From: Octopus bimaculoides | Taxonomy: Eukaryota | Length of the DNA stretch: 64,000 nucleotides | Assembly: GCF_001194135.2 (NCBI RefSeq) | Contig: NC_068982.1 | Coordinates: 6,732,630 to 6,796,629 of the forward strand | Reading direction: 5' to 3' | Shown: in pieces, positions 26,012 through 38,460 of the stretch | Position numbering within the stretch: position 1 is the stretch's first letter | How the letters are laid out: each line of letters starts with the position of its first letter | Made by a program: the position numbers and the translations under genes | Notes under the pieces: model-generated | The model's input: only the letters and a program-made list of their open reading frames with translations | Databases searched by the model: none | Told to the model about the DNA's origin: nothing

Positions 26012-26250
26012 ACAGTTCTATATGGCATAGTGGTTAAGAGCGCAGGCTACTAACCCCCAAGATTCCAAGTTCAATTCCAGGCAGTGACCTGAATAAAAAT
26101 AATAATAATAACATCGAAAAATACCTTAGGAATGAGAACCCAGGTTCGAAATTTCCCCCAACACACCTGATGAAGGCTGGAGGGTATATCAGCTGAAACG
26201 TTGTGTTAACAACAAACAAGATGAGGACAAATATCCATCAAATGTAAATA
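26012..26250 (+). mobile_element. Family H SINE with short inverted 5' tail and 12-bp TSD
   Basis: atcttgagtggt at 26000-26011 and 26251-26262; begins with acagttctata (inverted 3' end) then the A box. Confidence 0.9.
26162..26207 (+). ncRNA. Minimal type I hammerhead ribozyme motif (best-preserved copy)
   Basis: CACAC CTGATGA A GGCTG gagggtatat CAGCT GAAAC GTT GTGTT; intact CUGAUGA and GAAA, GUU triplet, palindromic AACGTT. Confidence 0.7.
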
Positions 26251-26299
26251 ATCTTGAGTGGTTATTAATGATCTTATTATTACTACTACATCATCAGTA

Positions 26300-26600
26300 T
26301 CTACGATTTGTTCTTTCATTTCATTGGAATGGTTTTCTCTGATCACACCATCTTGCTACTTGTCTGATCGCTTGGTGTTCTTTCTCCTGGATTTTTCTTC
26401 TGGCTCCCTCCAATTAGATGATTTTGTATTTCTTCATTTCACAGTCATCCTCTATATGCATTCTATGAAGATTTATTTCAGACTCATCACATCTGATTTT
26501 CCTTTTATCCAGCTTTTCTCTGTTGTTTTGCACTTTGTCCTTCATACAGACCAAAATTGTACATCCAGTGGAACATACTCACCTCACTTCTCCCAGCCTT
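26300..26600 (-). mobile_element. RTE C-terminal coding remnant
   Basis: REKLDKRKIRC...HRMHIEDDCEMKKYKII*LEGARRK resembles RTE C-termini; the plus-strand 141-aa ORF is antisense to it. Confidence 0.5.
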
Positions 26601-26729
26601 CGCAAATCTTCTGCTCGTACGCACGTGCGTGTGTGTGTGCATGCACGTACATGTATGTTATCAAGTCAGATTTTATCAACTAAATTAATTTAGCTCTATA
26701 AACAAGACTTAGAAGTGTTGCCAATGTTC

Positions 26730-27030
26730 TGTGTCATGACAACTAGAGACTGGAAGTATTTCGTATTGCAAGACAGTATGTGAGAGAGAATTGTGATGTC
26801 ATAGGAGAGAAATATGTCTGCAAGGATGATGGCTTGCTTGCATTTAATGATGCTGCAAAGAGAGAGACTTGGAGACACCACTATGAAAGGTTGCTAAATG
26901 AAGAGAATGAATGGGAGAAAAAGAGTCTACCAAATGTCAACCCAACAGAGGGACTTGCTATTCGAATTGACAGTAGTTTGGCAGATAAAGTAATTAAGGA
27001 TATGAATACAGGGCAAGCCCTTGTCCCAAC
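26730..27030 (+). mobile_element. RTE ORF fragment just upstream of the RT domain
   Basis: KRETWRHHYERLLNEENEWEKKSLPNVNPTEGLAIRIDSSLADKVIKDMNTGQA. Confidence 0.8.
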
Positions 27031-27089
27031 AAGACAATGGAGAACCAAAACAAACATTATCATCACCTCATGCTTTTTTATTTAAAAAA

Positions 27090-28205
27090 AACAAAGGTGA
27101 GGAAGTAACAGAAACCTTCAGAAAGATATGTGTTTCGTATGGTGAGGAAGCTGTAATAGAATATATGTGCCAAAAGTGGCTTATATGATTTCAATCAGGA
27201 AATTTTTAGATTGAAAATGCACCTCACTCTGGTTGGCCAATGAAATTAACAGCAACAAAATGAAAGAAATAGTTAACACCAACCCAAAACTAAATCACAG
27301 ATATTATTCCAGATCAATTGAATGAGATTAACCTTGCTTAATGGGTTTCCATCTGTGATCCACTGCAAAAAACAAAGAAATGATCCTTTCTTGAAGAAAA
27401 TAGTAAGAGGGGATGAAAAATGGATCATCTAAAACAAGGTGAAATGCAAATGGTCATGTGGGAAGTGCAGCAAACCACTACAAACAACCTCCAAAGCAGG
27501 ACTTCACCTGAAGAAGATTATACTTTTAATTTGGTGGGATTGTAAGGGTGTTGTCTTTTACAAGCTTCTTCCAACAGACAGCACCATCAGTTTGGATGTG
27601 TACAGTGATGATCGTCCATTTAAACTGACAATTTATAAGGGTATAAAACAAATACTTGAAACAAATTGTGATTTGTGTGTGATCTGTATCAAAGAGTGAA
27701 GCATGTTCTTAATGCATATGCAGTCTGTATCAAATGGACTTCAATGAAATTCTTTTCCAGTTGTTATTTAGGTCAAAATAATAGTATCTGTGAATTTTTA
27801 GGCAATTTCATTCACTAGAAAAATCTCGGCACAAATGGGTTAAATGCAATAATCCACCCGAACAGACCACCTCTTGATAATTGTAAGGTTTTCTCCTGCA
27901 ACCTCCATATTCACCTGACACTTGTGCTTTCATATTCCCTCCTGTTTCCGTCTCTTCAAAAATTCACTGAATGGACAAATCTTTGACACTGAAGAAGGTG
28001 TAAAATTTCAGTAAGAAGAGTTTTTTTCCCCAGTAAAGACATGAAATTTTTTGAATAGCGAATAACAGATCTGTCCACAAGATTGCAGAGGATATTTGAA
28101 TGAAAGGTTAATCATAATATTGATTGAATAACTTGCATTTTGTTTAAAACTTGTGTTTTATTTTCACTTAAAAAAACCAGACAGACATTTTCGACTAACT
28201 CAATA
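27090..28205 (+). mobile_element. Decayed mariner transposon
   Basis: KAGLHLKKIILLIWWDCKGVVFYKLLPTDSTISLDVY, a YSPDL-like region near 27915, and a 3' TIR-like aaaaaccagacagacattttcgactaactcaata. Confidence 0.85.
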
Positions 28206-28269
28206 GAATCAGAGAGAAAGCAATGATGTTTATTTTGAATATCAACAATAGACCTGAAGGAAAATGTTA

Positions 28270-28615
28270 TCTTCTGTTACTTGTTTCAGTCATTAGACTG
28301 GTGGCCATGCTGGGGCACTGCCTTGAAGAGTTTTCGATGAATGGACCCCGGTACTTATCTTGTCTTTAAAGCTCGGTACTTATTCTATTAGTCTCTTTTG
28401 TTGAACTGCTATGTCATGGGGACATAAGCACACCAACATCGGTTGCCAAGTGGGGGAGGTGAGGACAAACACTGACTCAAAGACACATACACACATGAAA
28501 TTATTCTTTGTAAGCCTAGTGATGGTTCTATCGGTCTCTTTGCTGAACTGCTAAATTACGGGGATATAAACACACCAGCATCGGTGTGACAAACACAGAC
28601 ACACAAACATACATA
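28270..28615 (-). mobile_element. SINE family B 3' portions
   Basis: ttacttgtttcagtcattagactgg...ttattctttgtaagcctagt. Confidence 0.7.
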
Positions 28616-28635
28616 CAAATATCTATATATATATA

Positions 28636-29225
28636 TTACCTACACTGCTGCACTTACCCTTACCTCTCCAACACCACCCTCATCACTGGCACCCATCATC
28701 GACCCTATCATATCACCGACTCCTTCACCTGCACTTCTAGCAAAGTAATCTAGTGCATCTCCTGCTCTCTCTGCCCTTCTCTATACATCGGGCAAATGGG
28801 ACTCGGCAATGACACCGTGGTCTCACGCCATTTCCGCTCTAACAGTCACTCTTTGCAACACCTGTCTGTTTTTGGATAGTCATTGCACAGGGGCCATCTG
28901 GACTCCCGTCTTCGCTGTGAACAGGGATTAATCTTCTCTCTTCACTCCTTTGCACCAGATGGGCTCAACTCTCCTCCGCTCTTCATCTAACCCTCCTCTC
29001 TTCCTCTCATACCTACTTCCTCCCACCCATCTCTACTCTCTTGCTCTGACTCCTACTTTTTCTCTTCTTTTATCTCTGCTTCTTTCTGTGTTCCTTTCTG
29101 TGGAAGAGTGTAGGCTCAAAACATTAAAGACTTTTTCACTTCCTGAGCATTAAACTAATACATCTGGGTGTTGCCTACACCACTTCTCTTCGTCTTTTGT
29201 CTTTTTGTGAATTCTCCCTATATAT
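28636..29225 (+). mobile_element. Neptune/Penelope-like element, GIY-YIG C-terminus and 3' end
   Basis: YHITDSFTCTSSKVI*CISCSLCPSLYIGQ...VSRHFRSNSHSLQHL...RLRCEQGLIFSLHSFAPDGLN, then a pyrimidine tract and a hammerhead-like terminus. Confidence 0.85.
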
Positions 29226-29309
29226 ATACTACGTGATTCTTTCAGTGAAGTGGCCCACTTGGCACCGTGCATTTGTCACGTCGCAATGGCTGCGGTATAT
29301 GATCAGATC

Positions 29310-29432
29310 CACTCATACAGCTTTGGTTGGCCCGAGGCTACAGTAGAAGACACTCGCCTGAGGTGCCACACTGTGGGACTGGACCCAGAACAATGTAGTT
29401 GGTAAGCAAGCTACTTACCACACAGCCACTCC
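29310..29432 (-). mobile_element. SINE family B 5' half
   Basis: Reverse of aggagtggctgtgtggtaagtagcttgcttacc...gtcccacagtgtggcacc. Confidence 0.75.
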
Positions 29433-30459
29433 TGTGCCTTTATATATCTATCTATCTATATATTATATATATACCATATATATATATATATATATATANN
29501 NNNNNNNNNNNNNNNNNNNNNNNNNNNNACACACACACACACACACACATGTAACAGACTTCTTTCAATTTCCATCTACCAAACCCACTTACAAAACTTT
29601 GGTCAACCTGAGACAGTGGGACAGAACCCTGTTGTTAAGAGGCAAGCTGCCATCCACACAGCCATGCCTACGCCCATATTGTTAATATTCATAAACATTG
29701 TCCAAGCTGAAACCTGCCCATTGTAGTCAGTAGCCGACATTAATGATAGTTTCAATTATTTGATATTACTGGTGTTATCTCCTCTTTTTCAGTTGCAAGA
29801 AAAATCAGTTAATTGAAGTTCTACTCCCTATAGTACATGTTAAAAACTACTGGCTGCATTCAGTGTTTCTTTAGTATGTTTCTAGCTTTCTAGATGAATC
29901 CCTGTTCGAAAGTAACTTAAATCTTTACACCTTCACATTATTACATAAGTAATTATTGTTGAATATCTTATGCAAAACAGATTAAATTAGGAATGTAATG
30001 TGTCTCTTATAAAAATATTTTCAAAGTATTGGTTAATGGCTATTTTATGCCAGAACATTAATTTACGTATACACTTAAATCCTAATATATTATTCTAATT
30101 TATGCTATCACACTTATGCAAAATCATAGTAAAAAACATCAAAACTTATTTGAAGAGCAATATTTTACACAAGAAGAAGATAAGTCAGTAATTAGCTCAT
30201 TAGATATTTGAAGATATCAGTTATCAGTTTTACATTTCAAAGAAGATAACATTTTTTTTCTGTACCAAGTTTATAAATGCAAATAATAATAATAATAATA
30301 ATATTTACTCATCAAAGTCTAGATATTCTTTCTGTATCTAGATTAATTTGCATAAATAACAGTTCTTTCAATATGAAACTATACAACTTATGGCCGTGCC
30401 CCAACATGGCCAGAACTTATGGCTGAAATTGATAATAGAAAAACTAAGATTAAGTTCAT

Positions 30460-31115
30460 CATCATCATTATTTAAAGTCTGTTTTCCATGTTAGCATGCA
30501 TTGGACAGTTTGACTGAGGTCTGGAGACCAACGGCTGCACCAGTCTCCAATCTGATCTGGCAATTTTTCCACAGTGGATGCTATTCCTAATGCCAACCAC
30601 TCTGAGAGTGTAGTGGGTGCTTTTTATGTGCCACCAGCATGGGAGCCAGTCAGGCGGACCTGGCTTCGACCACATTCAGATGGTACTTTTTACATGCCAC
30701 TGGCACAGGAGCCACAGTTACAATATTGGTTTTACTTGACTCAACAGGTCTTCTCAATAATATCCCCTGACGCCTCAGGGGTATTCTTAACAAGGCCAGA
30801 CATGCATGGCTGCGATCTCACTTTAGTTCCTGGGTCTTCTCAGTCACAGCATGTCTCCAAAGGTCCCGGTTTCCTGTCATTGACTCTGTGAGGCCTAGTG
30901 TTCGAAGGTCACGCTTCACCACCTCATCCCATGTTTTCCTGAGTCTACCTCTTCCACAGGTTCCTTCTACAGTTAGGGAGGGGCACTTCCTCACATAGCT
31001 GTCTTTATTCATACGTAACACATGACCATACCAGCACAGATGCCTCTATTGCACACCACATTTGATGCTTCTTACGCCCAACTTTTCTCTCAGGGCACTT
31101 ACACTGTCATGTATG
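30460..31115 (-). mobile_element. 5'-truncated RTE LINE with full 3' UTR and (GAT)n tail
   Basis: LRMNKDSYVRKCPSLTVEGTCGRGRLRKTWDEVVKRDLRTLGLTESMTGNRDLWRHAVTEKT followed by family C sequence. Confidence 0.85.
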
Positions 31116-31164
31116 AACTCAGACATTATGTAATAAAAAGCAAATCTTCCGGAACACTGGATAT

Positions 31165-31335
31165 TACAGTTCTATAATTAAGAGATGAGGAATTATGTAC
31201 ATTATTTACATTTGACAGATATTTGTCCTCATCTTATTTGCTGTTAACACGTTTCGGCTAATATACCCTCCAGCCTTCATCAGGTGTCTTGGGGAAATTT
31301 TGAGCCTGGGTTCTCATTCCTAAGGTATTTTTCGA

Positions 31336-31370
<35 letters not shown>

Positions 31371-31512
31371 TCACAGCCTGGAATTGAACTTGGAATTTTA
31401 GGGTTACTAGCCTGCGCTCTTAACCACTACGCTATATGCCCGTGGGCATCAGCCGAAACATTGTGTTAACAAAGAAGATGAGGACAAATATCCTTCAAAT
31501 GTAAATAATGTA
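31165..31512 (-). mobile_element. Full-length family H SINE (minus) with an inverted 3'-tail copy beyond its head
   Basis: Full copy 31165-31441, then plus-oriented agccgaaacattgtgttaac...aatgtaaataatgta; imperfect flanks actggatatt/actgaggatatt. Confidence 0.85.
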
Positions 31513-31721
31513 AACTGAGGATATTTTCTGAAATATGAAACCCTGATGCTAAGGTTTGCTAAATCAATTAAGCTAAGAAAGAAGCTGTTCAAATCCAGTG
31601 AGTGCAGTTTCATGGCTGGGTGTCATACGGGCAATCCATATGACCTGCAGAGTAGCAGTTACAGATGCCTGATGAGCCTAATTAAAGGAATTTTTGCAAA
31701 TTTAGTTCAACATAATTAGGA

Positions 31722-31990
31722 GGAGGCACGACTGTGTGGTAAGAAGTTTGCTTCTCAACTACATGGTTCCAGGTTCTGTCCCACTGTAAGGCACCTTGGA
31801 CAAGTGTCTTCTACTATAGCCTCAGATCAACCCAAACCTTGTGAGTGGATTTGGTAGACAGAAACGGAAAGAAGCCCACCGTGTGTGTGTTTGTCCCCTC
31901 ATCACGAGTTGACAACCGGTGTTAGTGTGTTTACATCCCTGTAACTTAGCAGTTCTGCAAAAGAGGCTGATAGAATAAGTACTAAGCTTA
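31722..31990 (+). mobile_element. SINE family B
   Basis: ggaggcacgactgtgtggtaagaag...ggttctgtcccact...ggacaagtgtcttctactatagcc. Confidence 0.8.
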
Positions 31991-32344
31991 AAAATAGGAT
32001 ATATGAACTTGGACTGAAATGAGGTGAGTATGAACTGCTGGTTTAGTAATGCTAATGATTATGAAAGGTAGAATAAAGCAGGGGCTCTGGCAGGGCCTTA
32101 GAAGTATAACCTGAAGTGTTCTAGAGAATTGGCCGAGATGAACTTCATTCATGAATGCGAAAACGATGCTGGCTAAAAAGTGCTGTTAGCCATTGGTGGA
32201 GAGTATCTATGGCAGAGATACTCTGAGGAAGACGTGGGTAAAATTTGTGAGATCAGATTTCATAATGCTAAGAAAATATCAAGACATCTGACTATTTTGA
32301 TTGCAAGAAATGAAAATTCATTTATTAATGATGAGGATTATTCA

Positions 32345-32670
32345 TGGGTGTGATTGTGTGGTAAGAAACTTGCTTCCTAACCACATAGTTCTAGGTTCAA
32401 TTCAACTGCAAATGTCTTCTACTATAGCCTTGTGTGTGGATTTGGTAGAAAGAAGTTGGAAGAAGCCCGTTGTATATGTGTGTGACCAATGCTTGACTAC
32501 CAGTGTTTACTTCCCCATAACTTAGTGGTTCGGCAAAAGGAACTGATAGAATAACAACCAAACCTAAAACAAAAAAGTACTTGGGTCGAATCGTTGAACT
32601 AAAAGTTCTTCAAGATGTTGCCCCAGCATGGCCACAGCCTAATGATTAAAACAAGAGAAAAGATAAAGAT
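32345..32670 (+). mobile_element. SINE family B, degraded
   Basis: gtgtggtaagaaacttgcttcctaaccacat...ccccagcatggccacagcctaatgattaaaacaag. Confidence 0.75.
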
Positions 32671-33614
32671 ATAAAACCTTGAGTCTACATAGTATTTGTT
32701 TACTGATTTATAGGAATCCAGATCTGCCCATCTTGATGAAAAAATATATATATAAAAAGAAAGAAATATATAAAAACTTGGGTTGATGTTTAATCTATAA
32801 CCGTGGTTATAGATTAAATATCTTGACTCTCAGACTCCTTGGTTTCTTTGAACCTGTCACCTCTGAGAATGCCAAACTTGGAATGTTCATATATTAGGTT
32901 TCTGAAATTTTAGATGAAGTTTATGATAGAAGTTATAAAAATATACTTTATGTGTTTCTAATCTTAACAAAAATGTAAAATTAGATACAATACTATTTAC
33001 TCCATTAATCAAAACCAATTAAATTGATTTATTACACATTTAAGTTACACATGAAGAGTAATTTCTGTATACAAAACAGTGGTTTACACTTTCCAATTGT
33101 AAGTTTTCATGGTAACTTGTTTTTGTAGTGAATAGATTATTGATACCAAGAACATGTTTGTTATCTGCAGCTCTTATTTTTCAATATAATGGAAATTATT
33201 AAAAGCAAAAAGAATACTAAACATGTACAGTTTCTTCAATTTATTTTTATCCTTTATCTTATTTCTAATTTATCATAATTTATAGATATGATTTGGAATA
33301 ATAATGTTCTTTGTCATGTACACTATTAAACCATGGTTATGAAACTGTTTAGATTATTCAACACATTTGTAATATTTATAAAAGCAGTAAAAAGAAAAAA
33401 AAAGTGAGGAATGGTAAAGAATGACATTTTGAGCTAGCTATTTCTTTGAAGAAATGAGAAGTGTTGGCGGCTTGTCAACGAAGCCAGCTAATACATGACA
33501 GAAATGTCAGAATTCACTTCTCATAATACATGAACAAGGGAGTCTCTACAAAGTCACTTAATCATTTCAAAAAAGCAGCCACATTTTCCTCAAAACTATA
33601 TCATACTGTCTTAA

Positions 33615-33834
33615 CCCTTTCATTACTGTATTTATTTTGAGATGCTCTGTGTTTCTTTCAGTTACTTTAAATATAACAAAGAATTTAGTAAAATAACTTA
33701 GTTATCGTTCAGCTAGTGTTAGGAACATAAATTGTGACTAAGGTTTGGTGGAAGATTTTAATTCAGAACTTATGAAAACAAGACATTTGTAATCAGAGCC
33801 AGAACCAGTTTCAACTGGGATGGTAACGAATGGA
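33615..33834. mobile_element. MITE family P2 (reverse orientation to 10039-10259)
   Basis: TTAA flanks at 33611 and 33835; near-complete reverse-complement identity. Confidence 0.85.
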
Positions 33835-33914
33835 TTAAAGAATGAATAACACATGGGATAAGTTAATGTTAGGATGGCCACAGATGAAACATCTTTAATT
33901 GCTGATCTGCTCCT

Positions 33915-34318
33915 TCAAAAGGGGTTCTTGTTGTTGTTGGCACTCCGTCACTTACAACGTCGAGGGTTCCAGTTGATCCGATCAATGGAACAGCCTGCTC
34001 GTGAAATTAACGTGCAAGTAGCTGAGCACTCCACAAACATGTGCACCTTTAATGTAGTTCTCTGGTATATTCAACGTGACACAGTGTGACAAGGCTGACC
34101 CTTTGAATTACAGGCACAACAGAAACAGGAAGTAAGAGTGAGAGAAAGTTGTGGTGGAAGAGTACAGCAGGGTTCGCCACCATCCCCTGCCGGAGCCTCG
34201 TGGAGCTCTAGGTGTTTTCGCTCAATAAACATTCACAACGCCTGGTCTGGGAATTGAAACTGCGATCCTATGACTGCGAGTCCGCTGCCCTAACTACTGG
34301 GCCATTGCGCCTCTACAA
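33915..34318 (-). mobile_element. tRNA-headed SINE (family D)
   Basis: Head (minus) gaggcgcaatggcccagtagttagggcagcggactcgcagtcataggatcgcagtttcaattccc; body related to 45395-45698. Confidence 0.75.
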
Positions 34319-34509
34319 AGGTGTAATATCAGGTTCTACTGTCTGTTTTGCCAGGATTTCTGCAGTTGGATGCCCTTCATAACTCCAAACTCTTTACAGA
34401 GTGTACTGGATGCTTTCTATGTGCCACCAGCACCAGTATTTTTTACATGGCACCAAGCTAATTATAATAATTTAGATGCAAAAGGTAAAAATAAAATCAG
34501 TTTTTGAAA

Positions 34510-34566
34510 TATTGTGTTAACAACAAACAAGATGAGGACAAATATCCATCAAATGTAAATAATGTA
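34510..34566 (+). mobile_element. Family H SINE 3' tail only
   Basis: ttgtgttaacaacaaacaagatgaggacaaatatccatcaaatgtaaataatgta. Confidence 0.8.
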
Positions 34567-37434
34567 AATAATGATGAAACTATATTGAATGGAATGTATT
34601 TGATGAAAGGGTGATTCAATGAGGAGCTGATCTGGACTAAAAACAACAGCTACAAGTAGATATTACAGATTAACTGCAGAAGAAACAGAAGGCTGAACTG
34701 AGAGCAATGACATGTTTACATAGAGTATGTAATATAATATTTAGATTTATGAGTTTATAGAGCAAGATGCTGATACTAAAATTGCTTTAAAATAGCATTT
34801 AATAATTGTAGTTGCAACAGCTTTGCTTATGAAGTTGCAGATTCCAGTATCTGAAGAATTCATTCTTGGCTTTACTGAAATATCATTAAGGTTACTGACG
34901 TAAATATTAACAAGTTAAAGCATTGATATTTATGTACGGAGTGAGAATTAGAAAAGATGGGCAACGATTTTGAAAAAGAGAGTTAAGTAAGACTAATTAA
35001 TAAGTAGATAATTATAAATGAATTGCATTTAGCTTAGCATTAACACACTTTAAGACATTTATGTTGAACCTTACTCAGGTCAGTTCTATCAGTCATCTTT
35101 TAGTGGCGAATAATAAAATAAATACAAATCAAATCCTAGGGTTAATAAATCGATTATACCATTCCCCAAGATGAGGCTTCATGTCAAAATTAGGAATCAA
35201 TTCAATTAGGAAATCTTGTTTTCACATGTATTCTATTTAATATAAACTTACAATTACGTCACACCTCAACACAATCTTACGTCCCCTTCATTATTTATAA
35301 ATGAATTAAGCTTTCATTTAAATACAGAGTAGCAGGTAGCATGTTAGCTACTTCAGAGAGTAACAGCTCTACCCATCAACAATTCTGGAATCAGCTGGCT
35401 CCAGTTGACAGCAGTGTCCAGAGTTGTAGACACAAGAAGGTAAATATGACAACAGATATTGATGACCGGCTGTCAATTCGTTGGTGTCATCAAAGATCAT
35501 ATAACATTTGGTGATGACAATCAAAAGCCCAAGCTTTTCATCATTGTGAGTGAGAAGAGGATTGCTACTAGTTTGTTATAAATCAAGATACCAAGTTTTA
35601 TAACCTTAACAGTGGATATCTACAGGAAAAGCAATGGCAATTGATGAATATTGGATGAACTCGTTTTGATTTGAAGTGATGCTCAAATTTACTTTACCAA
35701 AACTTTCGGTACATTTTTATTAATAACAATGCTAACAATAATGTAATAATTTTTAGTTTCAGATTTTAGTTACCTGTGCTTTATACCAAATTGATGGCAA
35801 CCAGACTTGGAAATTTTTACATTGTTCAATCTCCTTGAAATAGCAGCCCAATCACCTTTAAATCACATACAATTGTCTTAAGGAAAGAAAGAGACATTGG
35901 CTAACATAGCCCGACAGAACTGCCTTGAAATAAGATGGGATGGTCATGGTTGGAATGGCCATCTACATGGCTTCTTAATTTGCTAGAGACAGTAATTAAA
36001 TCTTTTCAAATCATACCCAACCATTTTAAAACAATGAGGGACACACTAGATAACGTAGTTTCAGATACATTATGATTAAAAGAGACTCAATTTTGTAGGC
36101 TGATGTGAGGTTAAATAACAATCAAAGAAAAAGAGATGAACACAGTTTGGACAAGTAGTTAGAATGGATTTTATAGGTGCAGGTATTTTCATGTAGTTAA
36201 GGAGTTTGCTTTTCAACCATGTAATTTCAGGTTCGATTCTACTGTGTGCAATTCTAACCAAAATTTTCTACTGTAACCTCAGAACTTGTTAAGGACTTGT
36301 AAAGGAAATATTGCAGAGGGAAACCTAATATGTGTATGTATACATGTGTGTGTATATGAGCATGTATAGAATGTCCCTACATATTCTAAGTGTTGGTGAC
36401 AGGAAAGGTATCCAGCCATTCAACACTGCCTCAGAAATTTGACAAACCATATCAGCATAGAAAAATGGACATAAAATGAGGAGGATGAAGATAATGACGC
36501 TGATAAGAATATTTTTGTATATCAGTGTAAAACAGTGCATGAAGTTACCAGGCTGTGTATCGAAAGATAACCAATTCATATTCTTTGTTCTCTTAGAAGT
36601 TTCTGTCATTGGAATGCAGACATGCTGGAGAATAGCCTTAATTATTTCTAATTGATTTCAGCAATGCCACTCCCAGTATTTATTTCAACCAGGTTTCATT
36701 CTTTCAATGTGGCTGGCATTAGAAAGGATATCCATGCCAAAACAGACAATGGAACCTGGTGGGGCTCCTGGCCTTTTCAACTCCTGTCAAACCATCCAAC
36801 ACATGCCAGCATGGAAAACAGAATGGATGTTTTGATGATGATGATGACTATTTATCAAATGGCTAAGTTATCTTTAGGTAAAGTTGACTAACATATTCAA
36901 ACCCCAAACTCCTGATGTCTTTAAAATTTAAAGTCCTCCTCCATGTACAAGAGTTACTGTATATTCTCTTGTATTTGTGATAGAAAGGTTAGTTAGATGA
37001 CATAGTTTCAGATACGTGATGATTAAAAGAGGCCTAACTTTATGCAGTAACGACCTATTGTACAAAACCCCAACTGGAACTGGCAGACTATTTGTTGTCC
37101 CACCCCAATTACATTTTATGCAGCAACCAGTACCCCACCCCTCCAGTTATTCAGGACTTCCACATATACTAAACAATATGTATGGTTCTGACAAGTGCAA
37201 ATTCTATTTTCAGATGTAAAGTATACAGAAATCTTTTTGTATGACTGAAAAGTTTCTGGAGGGACTTGATACCAAAATGACTGATTGTAAACATAAAGAG
37301 GTTCTCAAAAGACAGCACAGTCCTTAGTAAGTAATTTTGTTACTGATAAAATGGAAGCATTCCAACTTAGCCATTTTGGATAGAAAAAGTTAATAATACA
37401 TAATAATAAGGTTAAAATTTGATGGAATACATAT

Positions 37435-37870
37435 TCTTTTCTAGGTTAGGCACAAAGCCCAAAAGTTTTGCAGAGAGGGTCAGTCGATTAGATCGACCAT
37501 AGTACACAACTGGGTACTTAATTTATTGACCCCGAAAGGATGAAAACAAAGTCGGCCTCGGCGGAATTTGAACTCAGAACGTAACGGCAGACAAAATACC
37601 GCTAAGCATTTTGCCCAGCATGCTAAAGTTTCTTATTTTTTTTATTGCCTACAAGGGGCTAAACATAGAGGGGACAGACAAAGGGATTCAGTCGATAACA
37701 TCGACCCTCAACGCCAGTGCGTAACTGGTACTTAATTTATCGACCCTGAAAGGATGAAAAGCAAAATCGACCTTGGTGGAATTTGAAACTCAGAACGTAA
37801 TGGCAGGCGAAATACCACTAAGCATTTCGTCCAGCGTGCTAATGTTTCTGCCAGCTCACCACCTTTGATG
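37435..37870 (-). mobile_element. Two adjacent SINE family A copies (two tail variants)
   Basis: Two gaaaggatgaaa...gaatttgaactcagaacgtaa cores. Confidence 0.85.
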
Positions 37871-38149
37871 GGATACATATTATTAAATGTAACAAGATTA
37901 ATTGTAACAAGATTAATCAAAATTCCAAAAGTCAAAATAAAAGAAAATAAGATGAGGTTATAACTTTGGATCCAAACTTGCATTTGCCACATAGAAATTT
38001 GAAGCCATAACTTAGGCATGGTTTGGCTATGTCCACAACTGAGTTCCTGTTCAATCTGCTGCTGTTGCTCATGTGATAGCTTCTCCAGACATTCTTGAAA
38101 CCTCCATAAACACAATCTGTAAATAACGATGAATTTTGTCACCCTTGGT

Positions 38150-38460
38150 GATATGTGGTGCTTGAAAAGGCCCGTCATGCCAAGTGAAACCATAGCCATG
38201 CCCAATGCCAGTTCCAGTTGACTGGCACCTGTGCTAGTGACATGTAAAGAGCATTGTTCGAGCATGTGGCCGTTGCTGGTCACACATCAATGTCATCCAC
38301 TACACTCTTAGAGTGGTTGGTGTTAGGAAGGGCATCTAGCCGTAGAAACCATGCCAAACCAGACTGGAACTGAGTGTAGCTCCCCAGCTTATCGGGTTTT
38401 CAGTCGAACCATCCAACCCATGCCAGCATGGAAAACAGATGTTAAATGACTATGATGATT
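38150..38460 (+). mobile_element. Family C repeat
   Basis: gagtggttggtgttaggaagggcatc...catgccagcatggaaaacagatgttaaatgactatgatga. Confidence 0.8.

Noticed and set aside
26258-26683. 141-aa plus-strand ORF
   Set aside because: Antisense to a decayed RTE C-terminus.
35328-35439. Open plus-strand exon-like segment with good splice signals
   Set aside because: An equally plausible minus frame exists, and neighbouring frames resemble a decayed LTR-retrotransposon protease region; it cannot be resolved.
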